From an uncultured Bdellovibrio sp. (lineage in GTDB: Bacteria; Bdellovibrionota; Bdellovibrionia; Bdellovibrionales; Bdellovibrionaceae), in the NCBI GenBank assembly GCA_963932905.1, contig CAWVRN010000002.1, positions 32,001 to 96,000 on the forward strand: DNA of 64,000 nucleotides, written 5' to 3'. The notes below the pieces were generated by a model that saw only the letters and a list, made by a program, of their open reading frames with translations, ran no database searches and was not told where the DNA came from. A program made the position numbers and the translations under genes. How positions within the stretch are numbered: the stretch's first letter is position 1; every line of letters begins with the position of its first letter. Below are positions 37,006-49,250 of this stretch, piece after piece.

Positions 37006-39387
37006 TTAATTAATTTCGCTAGGGACTTTTTCTTTATCAAAGATTAATTCAAACGGCGCCAGGTCAGGTTCAAGCTCTGTATTCAAATTTAATTTACCTA
37101 GCTTTTCCTTATCGATCACGATGCGTTTAATTTTATCTTCCGGGAATGGGAAATCGATTTTTGGATTGTCCTTCAAAGCCGTTTTCATAAATGACGACCA
37201 AACAGGAACGGCTCCAGACCCCCCCGTTAAACCCGTCACTTCATTTTGATCATAGCCAACCCAAACAAGTGTCGTTTTCATCGGCGTCATTCCGATAAAC
37301 CAAGTGTCTTTGTAATCGTTTGTTGTTCCCGTTTTACCGGCGATCGGGATATCAAATCCTGCCGAGGCCAGAATTTTAGCCGTCCCCGATATAGGACCTT
37401 GTTTCATGACTCCAAGAAGGATCGAAGTTAAAACTTCGTCAAAAACAGGTTCCGGTGTTGGTTTGTATTCATAAACTAACTGGCCTTTAAAATCATAAAC
37501 ACGTTTGATGAAACTTAATTCTACTTTTTTACCTACGTTCGCTAACGTTGTATAAATTTGTAAGGCTTCGATCGGGTACATTTCAAATGCGCCAAGTACC
37601 AGTGACGGGAAAGGTTTCAAGTCGGAATAGGCACCTAGTTTTTTCGCATTTACAATAATATCATCAAGACCTACGCTTTTTCCTAACAGAGCCGTCGATG
37701 CATTCAATGAATTTTTCAATGCGTAATACAAAGGAACCGGTCCAAAAAATTTCTTCGCGTAGTTTTCTGGTGACCATTTCTTTTTATTCATCACCCATAC
37801 AAATGGTTCATCCTTGATTGGTGTGAGTGGGGTAAAAGGGCGGTAACTGCCGAATAGTTTGCCTAACCCGGTGGCTTCGACAAACCCTTCTTCGGTTTTA
37901 ATTTTTTCCAGCGCCGTAAGGTATACAATCGGCTTAAAGATCGATCCCACCTGACGATGGCCATCGATAGCGCGATTGAACTGAGTCATGCGGAAACTAC
38001 GTCCACCCACTAGAACATCGACAATACCCGTTCGTTGATCAGTGGAAATGACAACGCCCTCTAGTGATTTACCGGCTGCTTTTTTTTCGGCAATTTTTTT
38101 ATTTTCTTTTTCTAAATTGGCCAGGTGTGCTTGCAAAGATTCTTGAGCTTTTTGCTGAAGATCTAAATTCAATCCCGTTTGAATACGTGTTCCATCTGCT
38201 GGCAGGTTGAGTTTCTTCATTTGTTTGCGAACGGCATCCAAATAAAACGGTGCGGTCTCTGACGCTTGAGCCGGGCGCTTTTTAGGCATTGGTTTTTTTG
38301 CGGCTTCGTCGAATTCAGCGTCAGAAATTAATTTTAACTCTTTCATTTTCGTTAAAACTAAATTTCTGCGAGCCATGGCTTTGTCGACTTTAGTGAAGGG
38401 ATTGTAAACCCCTGGTCCATTTAGGACAGCAGCTAGTAATGCGCATTCGTCCAAACTTAGATCAGATATTTTTTTATCGAAATAAAACTGACTGGCTGAT
38501 CCAAAACCAATAATTTGGAACGGTCCGTTTTGTCCCATGTAAATGACGTTCATGTAGGTTTCAAGAATTTCGTCCTTCGTCATTTTCTTTTCGATCAATA
38601 CAGATAAAATAAACTCTTCAGCTTTCCTTCGAATGGATCGCTCGTTCGTTAGGAAATAATTCTTCACCAGCTGCTGCGTGATTGTGCTGCCACCTTGAGG
38701 TTTTTTCCCTTTTAAAAGAGGCGCCAAAACACCGCGAACCGTGCCTTTGATGCTGTAGCCTTTGTGTTCTAAGAAATTAGCATCTTCGATCGCCATGATG
38801 GCGTTCGGGCAATTGGTCGGCATGTCTTTGATTTCGATCATTTCCTGCATGATCGGTTCTGAGTTTAAATACTGAGCTAAGATCTCGGGATCCAATTCTA
38901 CATTTTCTTGAGATTCCGGATGGCCATTGATGCGAATATCGACGATGCGCTGATCGGGACCCAAGAAAACTTGAAATACTTGGATTTCTGACTCGGCGAC
39001 TTCAAGATTCGTCGTCGTTTGCTTCTTGGCGAACAGTAAACAGTTCGCATATTCGAAGTCTATTTCTGGCACCATGGCCTTGCATTCTGCTTGGTTTTGG
39101 CCCCAAAAGAAGTCGCCGTAAATGATGCGCTGACCATTTTGGCGCAGGCGGAAATTTTGCCGGCTGAAATATTGAGCCAAAGACTCTTTGGGAATGACGT
39201 ATCCCTTTTTTAATGCAATTGGTGCTGCATAGAAGATCGTTGGGTTTAAGAACTTCTTAGTTTTTAGTCGTTCTTCAAGATCCTTCTCATAGTTGGTGAA
39301 CGCCTGTGCCGAGTAGATGATCGACAGCGTCAGAGTGATTGTAAAAGCTAATAAAATAGTCTTTAATCGACTTCGAATTAAGGGCAT
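37006..39387 (-). CDS. mrcB: Class A penicillin-binding protein (PBP1B-like)
   Basis: EDANF and GGSTITQQL transglycosylase motifs; SIFK, SLN and KTG transpeptidase motifs; UB2H-like insert. Confidence 0.88.
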   Translation of the reverse strand: MPLIRSRLKTILLAFTITLTLSIIYSAQAFTNYEKDLEERLKTKKFLNPTIFYAAPIALKKGYVIPKESLAQYFSRQNFRLRQNGQRIIYGDFFWGQNQAECKAMVPEIDFEYANCLLFAKKQTTTNLEVAESEIQVFQVFLGPDQRIVDIRINGHPESQENVELDPEILAQYLNSEPIMQEMIEIKDMPTNCPNAIMAIEDANFLEHKGYSIKGTVRGVLAPLLKGKKPQGGSTITQQLVKNYFLTNERSIRRKAEEFILSVLIEKKMTKDEILETYMNVIYMGQNGPFQIIGFGSASQFYFDKKISDLSLDECALLAAVLNGPGVYNPFTKVDKAMARRNLVLTKMKELKLISDAEFDEAAKKPMPKKRPAQASETAPFYLDAVRKQMKKLNLPADGTRIQTGLNLDLQQKAQESLQAHLANLEKENKKIAEKKAAGKSLEGVVISTDQRTGIVDVLVGGRSFRMTQFNRAIDGHRQVGSIFKPIVYLTALEKIKTEEGFVEATGLGKLFGSYRPFTPLTPIKDEPFVWVMNKKKWSPENYAKKFFGPVPLYYALKNSLNASTALLGKSVGLDDIIVNAKKLGAYSDLKPFPSLVLGAFEMYPIEALQIYTTLANVGKKVELSFIKRVYDFKGQLVYEYKPTPEPVFDEVLTSILLGVMKQGPISGTAKILASAGFDIPIAGKTGTTNDYKDTWFIGMTPMKTTLVWVGYDQNEVTGLTGGSGAVPVWSSFMKTALKDNPKIDFPFPEDKIKRIVIDKEKLGKLNLNTELEPDLAPFELIFDKEKVPSEIN

Positions 39388-39391
39388 ATAT

Positions 39392-39670
39392 ATGAAACTA
39401 ACAAATCAGCAGCTCGAAGTCATCGTCAATAAAGTCATGAAAGCATGGAAAGATAATCATGTGATCGAATTTAAAGAAGATGAAAAAAAGGTTCTAAACC
39501 GTATGCTTGAAAGCCTAAAGCAAGACTTCCAAAAAGAATTGGATTTAGAACGTGAAGTCAATGCCATGTTGGATAAACTAGAAGCGTCTAACTCAGGTGA
39601 ATTCCAGCGTTACAAAATGTACCCACTACTTAAACAAAAGTTAGCGAAAGAGAAAAAGGTAATTCTATGA
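39392..39670 (+). CDS. DUF507-family protein
   Basis: MKL..Q start, ELDLEREVN, KQKLAKEK..IL; first gene of the typical pair. Confidence 0.75.
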   Translation: MKLTNQQLEVIVNKVMKAWKDNHVIEFKEDEKKVLNRMLESLKQDFQKELDLEREVNAMLDKLEASNSGEFQRYKMYPLLKQKLAKEKKVIL

Positions 39671-39936
39671 TTTTATCAGAAGAACGCCAATCGCACTGGG
39701 CCCACTTGCTGACAGATAGTATCTGGAACGACGACATGGTGGATTACACCGACGAAGACCAAGCATTGCGTTTGGCTAAAGTCGCCATCAAGGAATTTGT
39801 AAATGAAGACAGCGCTATTGATAAACGTGCTCGGGAAAAAGTCGCGTCACTAAAACGCGGTGTTATTGAAGGTTCTCCTGAGTGGGATGTTATGTATAAG
39901 AAATATTACGAAGAGGAAAAAAAGAAAAATGGCTAA
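39667..39936 (+). CDS. DUF507-family protein
   Basis: GSPEWDVMYKKYYEEE C-terminal motif. Confidence 0.8.
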   Translation: MILSEERQSHWAHLLTDSIWNDDMVDYTDEDQALRLAKVAIKEFVNEDSAIDKRAREKVASLKRGVIEGSPEWDVMYKKYYEEEKKKNG

Positions 39937-40570
39937 GGCAAAAAAAACAGCTCCAAAGAAAACTCCAGCGAAAGCCAAAGCAACGGCAAAAGCTAAACCG
40001 GCGGTGAAAGCGAAGCCAAAGGCGGCGCAAACGAAGCAAGCGAAGCCAAAGGCGGCGCAAACGAAACCTGCGCCGAAATCGGCAGCAAAGAAAACGGCTA
40101 AGCCTGGAGCCAAGGCTAAGGTTTCGACTAAAGCCAAAACAACTACAAAAACTCCGGCTAAAAAAGCAATGCCAAAAAAAGCGGCGCCTAAAGCTCCCGC
40201 AAAACCAGCTGCGAAAACAACACTAGCTCGTGCAGCGACTACACCGACGGATAAAAAAACAGAAAGCTATTTCAAATCGTACTTAAAACCTTTGGATGAT
40301 CGTATCGTGGTGCTTGTTGGAGCTAACGAACGTGTAACTTCCGGGGGATTAATTATCCCGGACACGGTAACGGACGTATCTGGAAATTTTCAAGGAAAAG
40401 TCATGGCGATTGGTCGTGGTCATATGAATAAAAAAGGCCGCGTGCAACCGTTGGACGTTGCTCTAGGCGATAAGGTTGTATTCTCGCAATTTGCGGGAAG
40501 CCAAATTGATGTAGATGGAAACAATATCATGATCATTCGTGAATCTGACGTTCTAGGAATTGTAAAATAG
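39929..40570 (+). CDS. groES: Co-chaperonin GroES (orphan, GroES2-like) with long Lys/Ala/Pro-rich N-terminal extension
   Basis: LKPLDDRI, TSGGLIIPD, GDKVVF, RESDVLG; no groEL adjacent. Confidence 0.88.
   Translation: MAKAKKTAPKKTPAKAKATAKAKPAVKAKPKAAQTKQAKPKAAQTKPAPKSAAKKTAKPGAKAKVSTKAKTTTKTPAKKAMPKKAAPKAPAKPAAKTTLARAATTPTDKKTESYFKSYLKPLDDRIVVLVGANERVTSGGLIIPDTVTDVSGNFQGKVMAIGRGHMNKKGRVQPLDVALGDKVVFSQFAGSQIDVDGNNIMIIRESDVLGIVK
40008..40065 (+). repeat. In-frame 30-nt tandem duplication (AKPKAAQTK)
   Basis: AAGCGAAGCCAAAGGCGGCGCAAACGAA occurs twice with a 30-nt period. Confidence 0.85.
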
Positions 40571-40577
40571 GAATTAT

Positions 40578-41978
40578 ATGAAAATACTTTTATTTTTAAT
40601 CACAGCAGCTCAACTTGTACTCGCAAATCAAATCGACTGGAACGGTGGCTATCGTTTTGAATATCTATCAATCGATCGCCCAAGTTTAGCAACGCCTTAT
40701 CAACGCAAAGAATATGGAATGCATTTTCTATATTTGTCTCCGCGCTTGATTGTTTCTGACGGTATCCAAGTTGTAACACGTTTCGATGTTATGGGTGATG
40801 GCGGTTCAAGTTACAATTCCTACCTAGGCACAGTTTGGGGACAAGGTAACACAGATGCGGCAAGACCCAGTTCCAAATCAAATACGATGGGTCGCAACTC
40901 GACAAGTTCGATGATCCGCGCTTCACAAATGTATTTCAATTTGAGCCAAGAAAATGCGTCGTTGATCGTTGGTCGCGCCCCATTTGATTTCGGTATCGGT
41001 ATGAGCTACAGCGTGGGCAACGGTTTGTTTGATCACTGGAATAGCAATCGCGATCAAGTGTCCTACAAAATGTTAGTCGACAACATGGTATTAATGCCGT
41101 TTATCTCTAGACACTATGATGATGGGTATGCGCAAGGCAGCCTGGTGCAAGACGAAGGTTTCCTTGTTCTGTACGATAACAAACAAACAGGTAACCAAAT
41201 CGGCGTGATGTTAGAGCGTCGTAAAGCTAGCTTAGCTTCAAATGATATCCCAGTAGGTAATACAACAACTAATCCCAGCGCAATTGGCGATGCGGTTCAA
41301 GGTGATATGAGCGTCCAAAAAACGAATTTCATCCTTGGTAAAGATTGGGATTCATTCAGTTTCCGTTTAGAAGCTGGATTTAATTCTGGCGATCTTGGTA
41401 TCGTTAAGAACGGACAAAATGTAAAATCAACTGGTTATGGTATCGCATCTGAATGGAATTTCAAAAATGCATCTAGCTGGAACTATACAATCAAAACGGG
41501 TGTTGCCAGCGGCGACAATCCAGACACTACAGATTACGAGGGCTTTCAATTTGATCGTAACTATGACGTTGCATTCATGATGTTCAATCATCGTTTGGGA
41601 ACTTACGATGTATTAAGGTCGGCAGTGATTCGTGACACTGTTAATTTGAATGTTGGCAACAGCCCAGATGACGAAGCGATCAGCAATGCATTTTACTTTG
41701 CTCCTGTTGTGAAGTATCGCTGGAATGATAAATTAGATTTGAATCAAACATTTGCATGGGCTCAGTTAATGGTGAGTCCGTTTGCTGGTGGTAAAGGATC
41801 TAAAGAATTGGGTTTTGAGTATGATATTGAGTTGAACTACAAAATTCGCGAAAAAGTTATGTGGTCAAATCAGTTAGGTTTCTTATTCCCAGGCGCTGCG
41901 TTTAAATCCGAAACTGTTCCTGGTTCAGAAAATAATTTCACGTTCGGTTTCGCGACTAAAATCGGTCTACAATTCTAA
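40578..41978 (+). CDS. Outer membrane beta-barrel protein (alginate-export-like porin)
   Basis: Signal peptide, GVASGD, ELGFEYDI, GFLFPG, terminal F. Confidence 0.7.
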   Translation: MKILLFLITAAQLVLANQIDWNGGYRFEYLSIDRPSLATPYQRKEYGMHFLYLSPRLIVSDGIQVVTRFDVMGDGGSSYNSYLGTVWGQGNTDAARPSSKSNTMGRNSTSSMIRASQMYFNLSQENASLIVGRAPFDFGIGMSYSVGNGLFDHWNSNRDQVSYKMLVDNMVLMPFISRHYDDGYAQGSLVQDEGFLVLYDNKQTGNQIGVMLERRKASLASNDIPVGNTTTNPSAIGDAVQGDMSVQKTNFILGKDWDSFSFRLEAGFNSGDLGIVKNGQNVKSTGYGIASEWNFKNASSWNYTIKTGVASGDNPDTTDYEGFQFDRNYDVAFMMFNHRLGTYDVLRSAVIRDTVNLNVGNSPDDEAISNAFYFAPVVKYRWNDKLDLNQTFAWAQLMVSPFAGGKGSKELGFEYDIELNYKIREKVMWSNQLGFLFPGAAFKSETVPGSENNFTFGFATKIGLQF

Positions 41979-42004
41979 TTTAGTCTGTCCCAGAAAATCC
42001 AAAA

Positions 42005-42027
42005 CCCAAATCCGTCATGGATTTGGG
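42005..42027. terminator. Hairpin between convergent genes
   Basis: CCCAAATCC-GTCAT-GGATTTGGG; T run on the minus strand. Confidence 0.55.
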
Positions 42028-42061
42028 GGAGGACTAAATCAATTAATAAATCTTATAAATA

Positions 42062-43696
42062 TTATTGGCCGCGAGATCCTCTAGATCCCGATCCGGACGA
42101 CAATACTTGGCGAACCAGAGCTGCCGCTCCAGAGTTACTGACGGAGCCACTTGAGACATTTCCGCGCATTCCACGAGCCGCGTTTGTAACTCCGGTTAAT
42201 GAAGAATCCAAAGAATTAACACCCATTTCAAGAATTCTTGGGTTGTTGATAAATTCCTTTAAGATCGCGGCTCTGAAGCTATCCATTTCGCGAGAAATTT
42301 CGCGTGATGAATCGCTGTCGATTAAACCATTACGACGTGCGAAGCTTAAGCTGTCGCTAGTAGTAGAGTATAGTTCGGTGTTAAGCGTTCTTAGTAAACC
42401 GAAGTTTTCTAGGAAGCTTGCAAGTGATGCTTGAGCTTTGGGATAATCCTGAGCTTTTGCGTAGTCGTTTCTTGCCGTTAAGCTTTCTAAAGCATCACGT
42501 TTTTGTTCTTCTAAAGACTCTTTGTATAGAGCGGAAACTGCTTTACGAGTATCGCTGTAAGAACCGTCGATATCGCGTAACAATGACTTAATTAAGTCTT
42601 TAGCCGAATTTCTATCTTCGCGTGCTTGTCGTTTTTCGCTTAAAAGATCAGAATTGATATCTTCTAGTTCAAGACGTTGCTCAAAAGCGGACGTGCCTTC
42701 GACTGATTTGATATCAAATTTATGGGTTAACATTTCTTTAATACCGTCGCGGATTTCTTCGTTGAAAAATGTTTCAGCATCGCCGTCAGTGACAAAGCGT
42801 TCTTTTTTGTTACCGTCTTTGTCTTTTTTAACTTTTTTCTTGTCTGCTTTTAGAAGTCTTACGAATTCTTTTGCTTTACATTCGGTTTCAAGGCGACCTT
42901 CGCTTAGGTGTTTGCAGCGTTGGTGAACTTTAGCTTTTAAAAAAATATAGCCTTTAGAAACTTCCTCTTTGTCATCATCGTCATCATTAGACGCAGTTTT
43001 GCTGCCTTTTTTACGAGTGATGTCTTTAGGAATTAATTCTTCTCTAATTTTAGTTTTAATTTTATCGATGTTTTGGCCTTCTGCTGCCGGGAAAATTTCA
43101 ATCCGAGCTTCTTTACCGCACTCACCTTTGCAATCGCTGCCTTCTGGTTTTTCAGAATAGATAGCGCGTGTTTCGCCGTTAGCCATGATAATAGATACTT
43201 TATAATCGTGTCCATCTACATGCACTGTGTAGTCTTCGAACGCGGGCGGAGATGATGCGCGACCAGTTGATTCTGGGCCGTTGCCGCGAGATTTAACTGT
43301 AGCCGAAGCTGTTGCCACCGCGGGAGCCGTTAAGGGCTGTGGAGATGACACTGTAGCTGAGGCAGGAGTCACAGTCTGAGTTGTAGACGTTGAGCCGGAT
43401 TCTTGAGTTTGAGTGGGAGGCGTTTTTTTAGCGGCCTCTTCTGCGCGAGCCGCTTCGGCTGCTGCAGCAGTGTCAGTCGGAGTCACCGTAGCGCCTTCTT
43501 TTGCGCGACCTGCTTTAATCGCATCAGCTTTAGCTTTTAAGTTAGCTTCCGCTTCTGCAGATGGTTTAGTAGGCGAGGCAAGGGTTGCCGACAAATTGGT
43601 GTGACCTTCGAGTTTGTTATCTGTGCCTGACACTGAAAATCCCAGTGCCGCGAATAGTGTTCCGTACAGGAACCACTGTTTAGTTTGCGTTTTCAT
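42062..43696 (-). CDS. Hypothetical secreted protein
   Basis: Signal-like N-terminus, Ala/Thr/Pro-rich linker, CxxxC, helical C-terminal domain. Confidence 0.7.
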   Translation of the reverse strand: MKTQTKQWFLYGTLFAALGFSVSGTDNKLEGHTNLSATLASPTKPSAEAEANLKAKADAIKAGRAKEGATVTPTDTAAAAEAARAEEAAKKTPPTQTQESGSTSTTQTVTPASATVSSPQPLTAPAVATASATVKSRGNGPESTGRASSPPAFEDYTVHVDGHDYKVSIIMANGETRAIYSEKPEGSDCKGECGKEARIEIFPAAEGQNIDKIKTKIREELIPKDITRKKGSKTASNDDDDDKEEVSKGYIFLKAKVHQRCKHLSEGRLETECKAKEFVRLLKADKKKVKKDKDGNKKERFVTDGDAETFFNEEIRDGIKEMLTHKFDIKSVEGTSAFEQRLELEDINSDLLSEKRQAREDRNSAKDLIKSLLRDIDGSYSDTRKAVSALYKESLEEQKRDALESLTARNDYAKAQDYPKAQASLASFLENFGLLRTLNTELYSTTSDSLSFARRNGLIDSDSSREISREMDSFRAAILKEFINNPRILEMGVNSLDSSLTGVTNAARGMRGNVSSGSVSNSGAAALVRQVLSSGSGSRGSRGQ

Positions 43697-43758
43697 AAAT
43701 ATCCTCCATTATAGCGAGCCATCCCGGCCCTAATTTTTCTTTATCCAACTAAAGAAAT

Positions 43759-43774
43759 TGCAAGCCGATGACCA
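43759..43774 (-). promoter_or_regulatory. Candidate sigma-54 promoter
   Basis: Minus strand TGGTCATCGGCTTGCA (GG-N10-GC with TTGCA), 62 nt upstream of ATG 43696. Confidence 0.5.
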
Positions 43775-43953
43775 AAAGGCCGTCGTGCTAACCCGTGGGG
43801 AATTAGGCCTAACTCGTTGAAATTGATAAATTATTTGAAGATTTTTTTGAGCGTATCAGTATGAAACGCTGTCAAACATTTGGTGTCTCAGCCTGAGAAA
43901 ATAAAAATTACCGAGGATTTTCAATAGCTTGACTTAAAAGGTACAAACTAAGT

Positions 43954-45183
43954 ATGAGTCATAAAATGCCTCTGTTTAAATACGAAAAGAATCCCACCAT
44001 TCCAGCTCATTTACTGGCTCGCGATTTACCCATCACAGAAACAGATTGGCTGAATCCTCAGTGGCAGATGCAGAACTCTTTAAGGGGGTTGGCAGATTAT
44101 CAGCGCTATTTCGATTTGGTTGAAGATGAATCTAGCGTGTTTCAAGAATCTTCAGATCTATTTAATATCCGGTGTACACCATACTATGCGGCCCTTGCGC
44201 AAAATAAACCTCATCATCCTATTCGTAAAATCTTGATGCCAAATCGGAAAGAATTAACATCGGCTAATCAAGAAATGTTAGATCCTTTGGGCGAAAAGAA
44301 AAATCAAAAATCTAAACGCTTAATTCATCGCTATTCAGATCGTGTGTTGTTATTGATCACCGATTTCTGCAGTGTCTATTGCCGCTACTGCACGCGCAAA
44401 CACTTTACTGGCCAAGACCAGGCGCTAGCCAAGAAAGAAGAACTAGATGAAGCTTTAGCCTACATCAAGGCTCATCCCGGAATCAAAGAAGTGATTCTAT
44501 CAGGTGGTGATCCGTTAACATTATCAGATGCGGTGCTTGATCGAGTGCTTTTTGAAATCAGAAAAATCGAACACGTAGAAATTATCCGCATCGGATCGCG
44601 TATGCCGGTAGTGTGTCCTCAAAGAATCACCGAAGACTTATGCAAAATATTTAAGAAATATAAACCGGTGTATTTCATGAACCATTTCAACCATCCAAAA
44701 GAAATCACAGAACTTGCGGCTGAAAAGCTAGAGATGATTGTGGATCACGGTGTGCCGTCGTTCAACCAGATGGTTTTGTTAAACGGCGTGAACAATCACG
44801 AAGCGATCGTACAAGCGTTATCACGAAGAATGCTCTACTTACGAGTCAAGCCGTACTACATGTTCCAATGTGATCCTTCGCGAGGCACGGATTACTTAAG
44901 AACTAGCATCACGAATTCACTGAAGATCCAAAAAAATCTGTGGGGTCATCTGTCCGGCCTAGCGATGCCAAACCTAGCCATCGACATCCCCGACGGCGGC
45001 GGCAAAACGTACTACACCCCAAACTTTGAAGTCGCCCGCACGGAAAACACAATTCACTACAAGGGTTGGGACGGCGTAGAAGGCAAATACATAAGCCCCC
45101 CCGAGAGCGACATCATAACCCCCATCGACGCCGAAGACTACTTCCCCGAATGGCAATCCATCCAAAACAAAGGTACCTCCTAA
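43954..45183 (+). CDS. KamA-family radical SAM protein (lysine 2,3-aminomutase/EpmB-like)
   Basis: HRYSDR, CSVYCRYCTRK, SGGDPL, HFNHPKE, DIPDGGGK. Confidence 0.9.
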   Translation: MSHKMPLFKYEKNPTIPAHLLARDLPITETDWLNPQWQMQNSLRGLADYQRYFDLVEDESSVFQESSDLFNIRCTPYYAALAQNKPHHPIRKILMPNRKELTSANQEMLDPLGEKKNQKSKRLIHRYSDRVLLLITDFCSVYCRYCTRKHFTGQDQALAKKEELDEALAYIKAHPGIKEVILSGGDPLTLSDAVLDRVLFEIRKIEHVEIIRIGSRMPVVCPQRITEDLCKIFKKYKPVYFMNHFNHPKEITELAAEKLEMIVDHGVPSFNQMVLLNGVNNHEAIVQALSRRMLYLRVKPYYMFQCDPSRGTDYLRTSITNSLKIQKNLWGHLSGLAMPNLAIDIPDGGGKTYYTPNFEVARTENTIHYKGWDGVEGKYISPPESDIITPIDAEDYFPEWQSIQNKGTS

Positions 45184-45277
45184 CATTCTGGTACCCACAG
45201 CGTTAAACGCTGTTGATTTCAGAAGGTCATGAGCTGGATTTTTTGATGCGGCGGGTACCAGAATGTTAGGAGGTACC
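45172..45277. repeat. REP/MITE-like element with 25-bp perfect terminal inverted repeats
   Basis: GGTACCTCCTAACATTCTGGTACCC (45172-45196) / GGGTACCAGAATGTTAGGAGGTACC (45253-45277); inner hairpin ACAGCGT-TAA-ACGCTGT; the left arm supplies the stop codon of the KamA-family gene. Confidence 0.8.
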
Positions 45278-45281
45278 CCCG

Positions 45282-47279
<1,998 letters not shown>

Positions 47280-47287
47280 TTGCAGTC

Positions 47288-49075
47288 CTACTTTTTAATA
47301 TAAACTTTTAAATCCACGCGGCGATTTTTAGCTCGGCCGGCATCAGTTTTATTCGTAGCGATTGGACGGGCTTCCCCGAAACCAATGGCCGTGATCTGAT
47401 TATCGCGAATATCCAAATTATCAAGCAAATTGTTCTTAATCGTTTTAGCCCGACGCTCACTTAGGTTTTGATTGTAGTCGTCAGAACCCATTGAATCCGT
47501 GTGGCCTTCGATAATCAATGATTTGATGTTTAAATCAAATAGCGTTGAAATGATTTTTTCGATCTCTTTCTTAGAATTCTTAGTCAGTGTGTCGCGGTCA
47601 AAATCAAACTCTAAGTTTTTCAAACGAATCAATTTATCTGGTTTAGGGATTTCTTTGACTTTAACAGTCGCTTTAGCAGAGCGCCCCACGCTATCCACAA
47701 CTTCGACAGTTACGTTCTGTGATTCTAATGGCGCTTTAAACAAACCATTCTGACTGATTGTTCCTGATCCATCAATCACGCCATAACGGAACGGAGCCTT
47801 GCCACCAACTGCGCGGAACTGAATCGTTTGGCCTTCAAATAAATCGGCATGCTGAGGACGGATACCTAAATCACCCGCAAATTCACTGGGCGCTTTGTAC
47901 GTTACAAGTGCCGTTGTCGTTTGTCCTAAAGAATCTTTAAATTCAATTTCGCTGGCGCCCGGTTTTTCAGGTGATAAGAAATCGCAGTACTTACCGATGA
48001 ATTGTCCGTCGCCGCTTAAGATTTCGCACTGATACGGCGCTTTTCCACCGATGAATTCAAAACTGACTTGCTCCCCAACCACAACTGTAGAGTCTTCTGG
48101 AGTTACACGAAATCCAGTCGGGGATACACGCGGTTGAGCTTTGCGAGCCACCGGTGCCGGAGTCGATGCTTCCGAGCTAGCCGGTTTCCAGTACCATACA
48201 AGACCCGCGAACACGCGCCAAGCGGGAGCTAATGAATCGACGCCTGGTTCGATCGTTGCGCCCCAATCAAAATTGGTATTTTTCCACCAACGATGTTTTA
48301 GACCTAACAATAAATCTAAAGACGAAGCATCGTCTGCACGCTCGTAAGGTTTTTTCTCTAAAGGATAGCTGAAGATAGTTTCAAATACCCAGCGACTTGT
48401 TTCTGTGAATTCATTTGAATACCCATAGGACATCGTCAACTGATCATCTAAAGGAAACATGCGTTGAGTCGGTGGGCGTTCGCTAGGTTCGCGAACACGA
48501 ACACCGGCGTTGATACCGTGAACGGCTTTGTCATTTCTGTGAGTGAATGCTAATTCAAAATTGAAAATCGGTTTCGGACTAACGCCCGTATAGGGACTGT
48601 CGACTAAAGATGGAATATCCACCGAAGCCACCATCGCCCATGACGGAATTTCCGCATCACCGAAGGAATACTTTACGCCAGGACGTAAAGAGTGAACCCC
48701 TTTGTCGATATTAATTTTAATACCTTCTTTAGTTTCTGAATTGAAGTACCACAAGAATGGCGCTTGCAAAAACGCCGATAGATTTTTAGTAAATCCATAA
48801 CCGATAGAAAAATCATATTCGGCTAATTCATTCGCGTAGGACATTTTCGTTTGTGTGTTGATATCTTTAAATACCAACAAGTGGTCTTTAGCGAAATTCA
48901 AATACTGAGATAGAACTAAGTAATCACCATACAGCGGACGCGATGAATGGACGGTAATAAAATCAAGACCATCTGAATTAGGAACAAACGTTTGCATATC
49001 TCCTAAAACATTAGGAAATGCGTGTGTCGAAATTAGAAGTGGCAACAAGATAATCTTAAAAATCCATTTCTTCAT
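47288..49075 (-). CDS. OmpA-family protein (N-terminal barrel, two Ig-like repeats, peptidoglycan-binding domain)
   Basis: EGHTDS..YNQNLSERRA, NRRVD; repeated GGKAPY/GGKAPF modules. Confidence 0.85.
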   Translation of the reverse strand: MKKWIFKIILLPLLISTHAFPNVLGDMQTFVPNSDGLDFITVHSSRPLYGDYLVLSQYLNFAKDHLLVFKDINTQTKMSYANELAEYDFSIGYGFTKNLSAFLQAPFLWYFNSETKEGIKINIDKGVHSLRPGVKYSFGDAEIPSWAMVASVDIPSLVDSPYTGVSPKPIFNFELAFTHRNDKAVHGINAGVRVREPSERPPTQRMFPLDDQLTMSYGYSNEFTETSRWVFETIFSYPLEKKPYERADDASSLDLLLGLKHRWWKNTNFDWGATIEPGVDSLAPAWRVFAGLVWYWKPASSEASTPAPVARKAQPRVSPTGFRVTPEDSTVVVGEQVSFEFIGGKAPYQCEILSGDGQFIGKYCDFLSPEKPGASEIEFKDSLGQTTTALVTYKAPSEFAGDLGIRPQHADLFEGQTIQFRAVGGKAPFRYGVIDGSGTISQNGLFKAPLESQNVTVEVVDSVGRSAKATVKVKEIPKPDKLIRLKNLEFDFDRDTLTKNSKKEIEKIISTLFDLNIKSLIIEGHTDSMGSDDYNQNLSERRAKTIKNNLLDNLDIRDNQITAIGFGEARPIATNKTDAGRAKNRRVDLKVYIKK

Positions 49076-49250
49076 ATCAGATCCTTTTTTGCGGGTAAAA
49101 GTTCGTGCTCAGTCTACGTTGAAATCCATAACGAAAGCAAATGGTTAAATCATTTTAATGGGTACGGTTTTATGAAAAAAATTATTCATCTGTGGCGCGC
49201 AATTCGCAATAGACAGTAGGGTGAATTCTAGTTACTTTGCGATACAGAAT

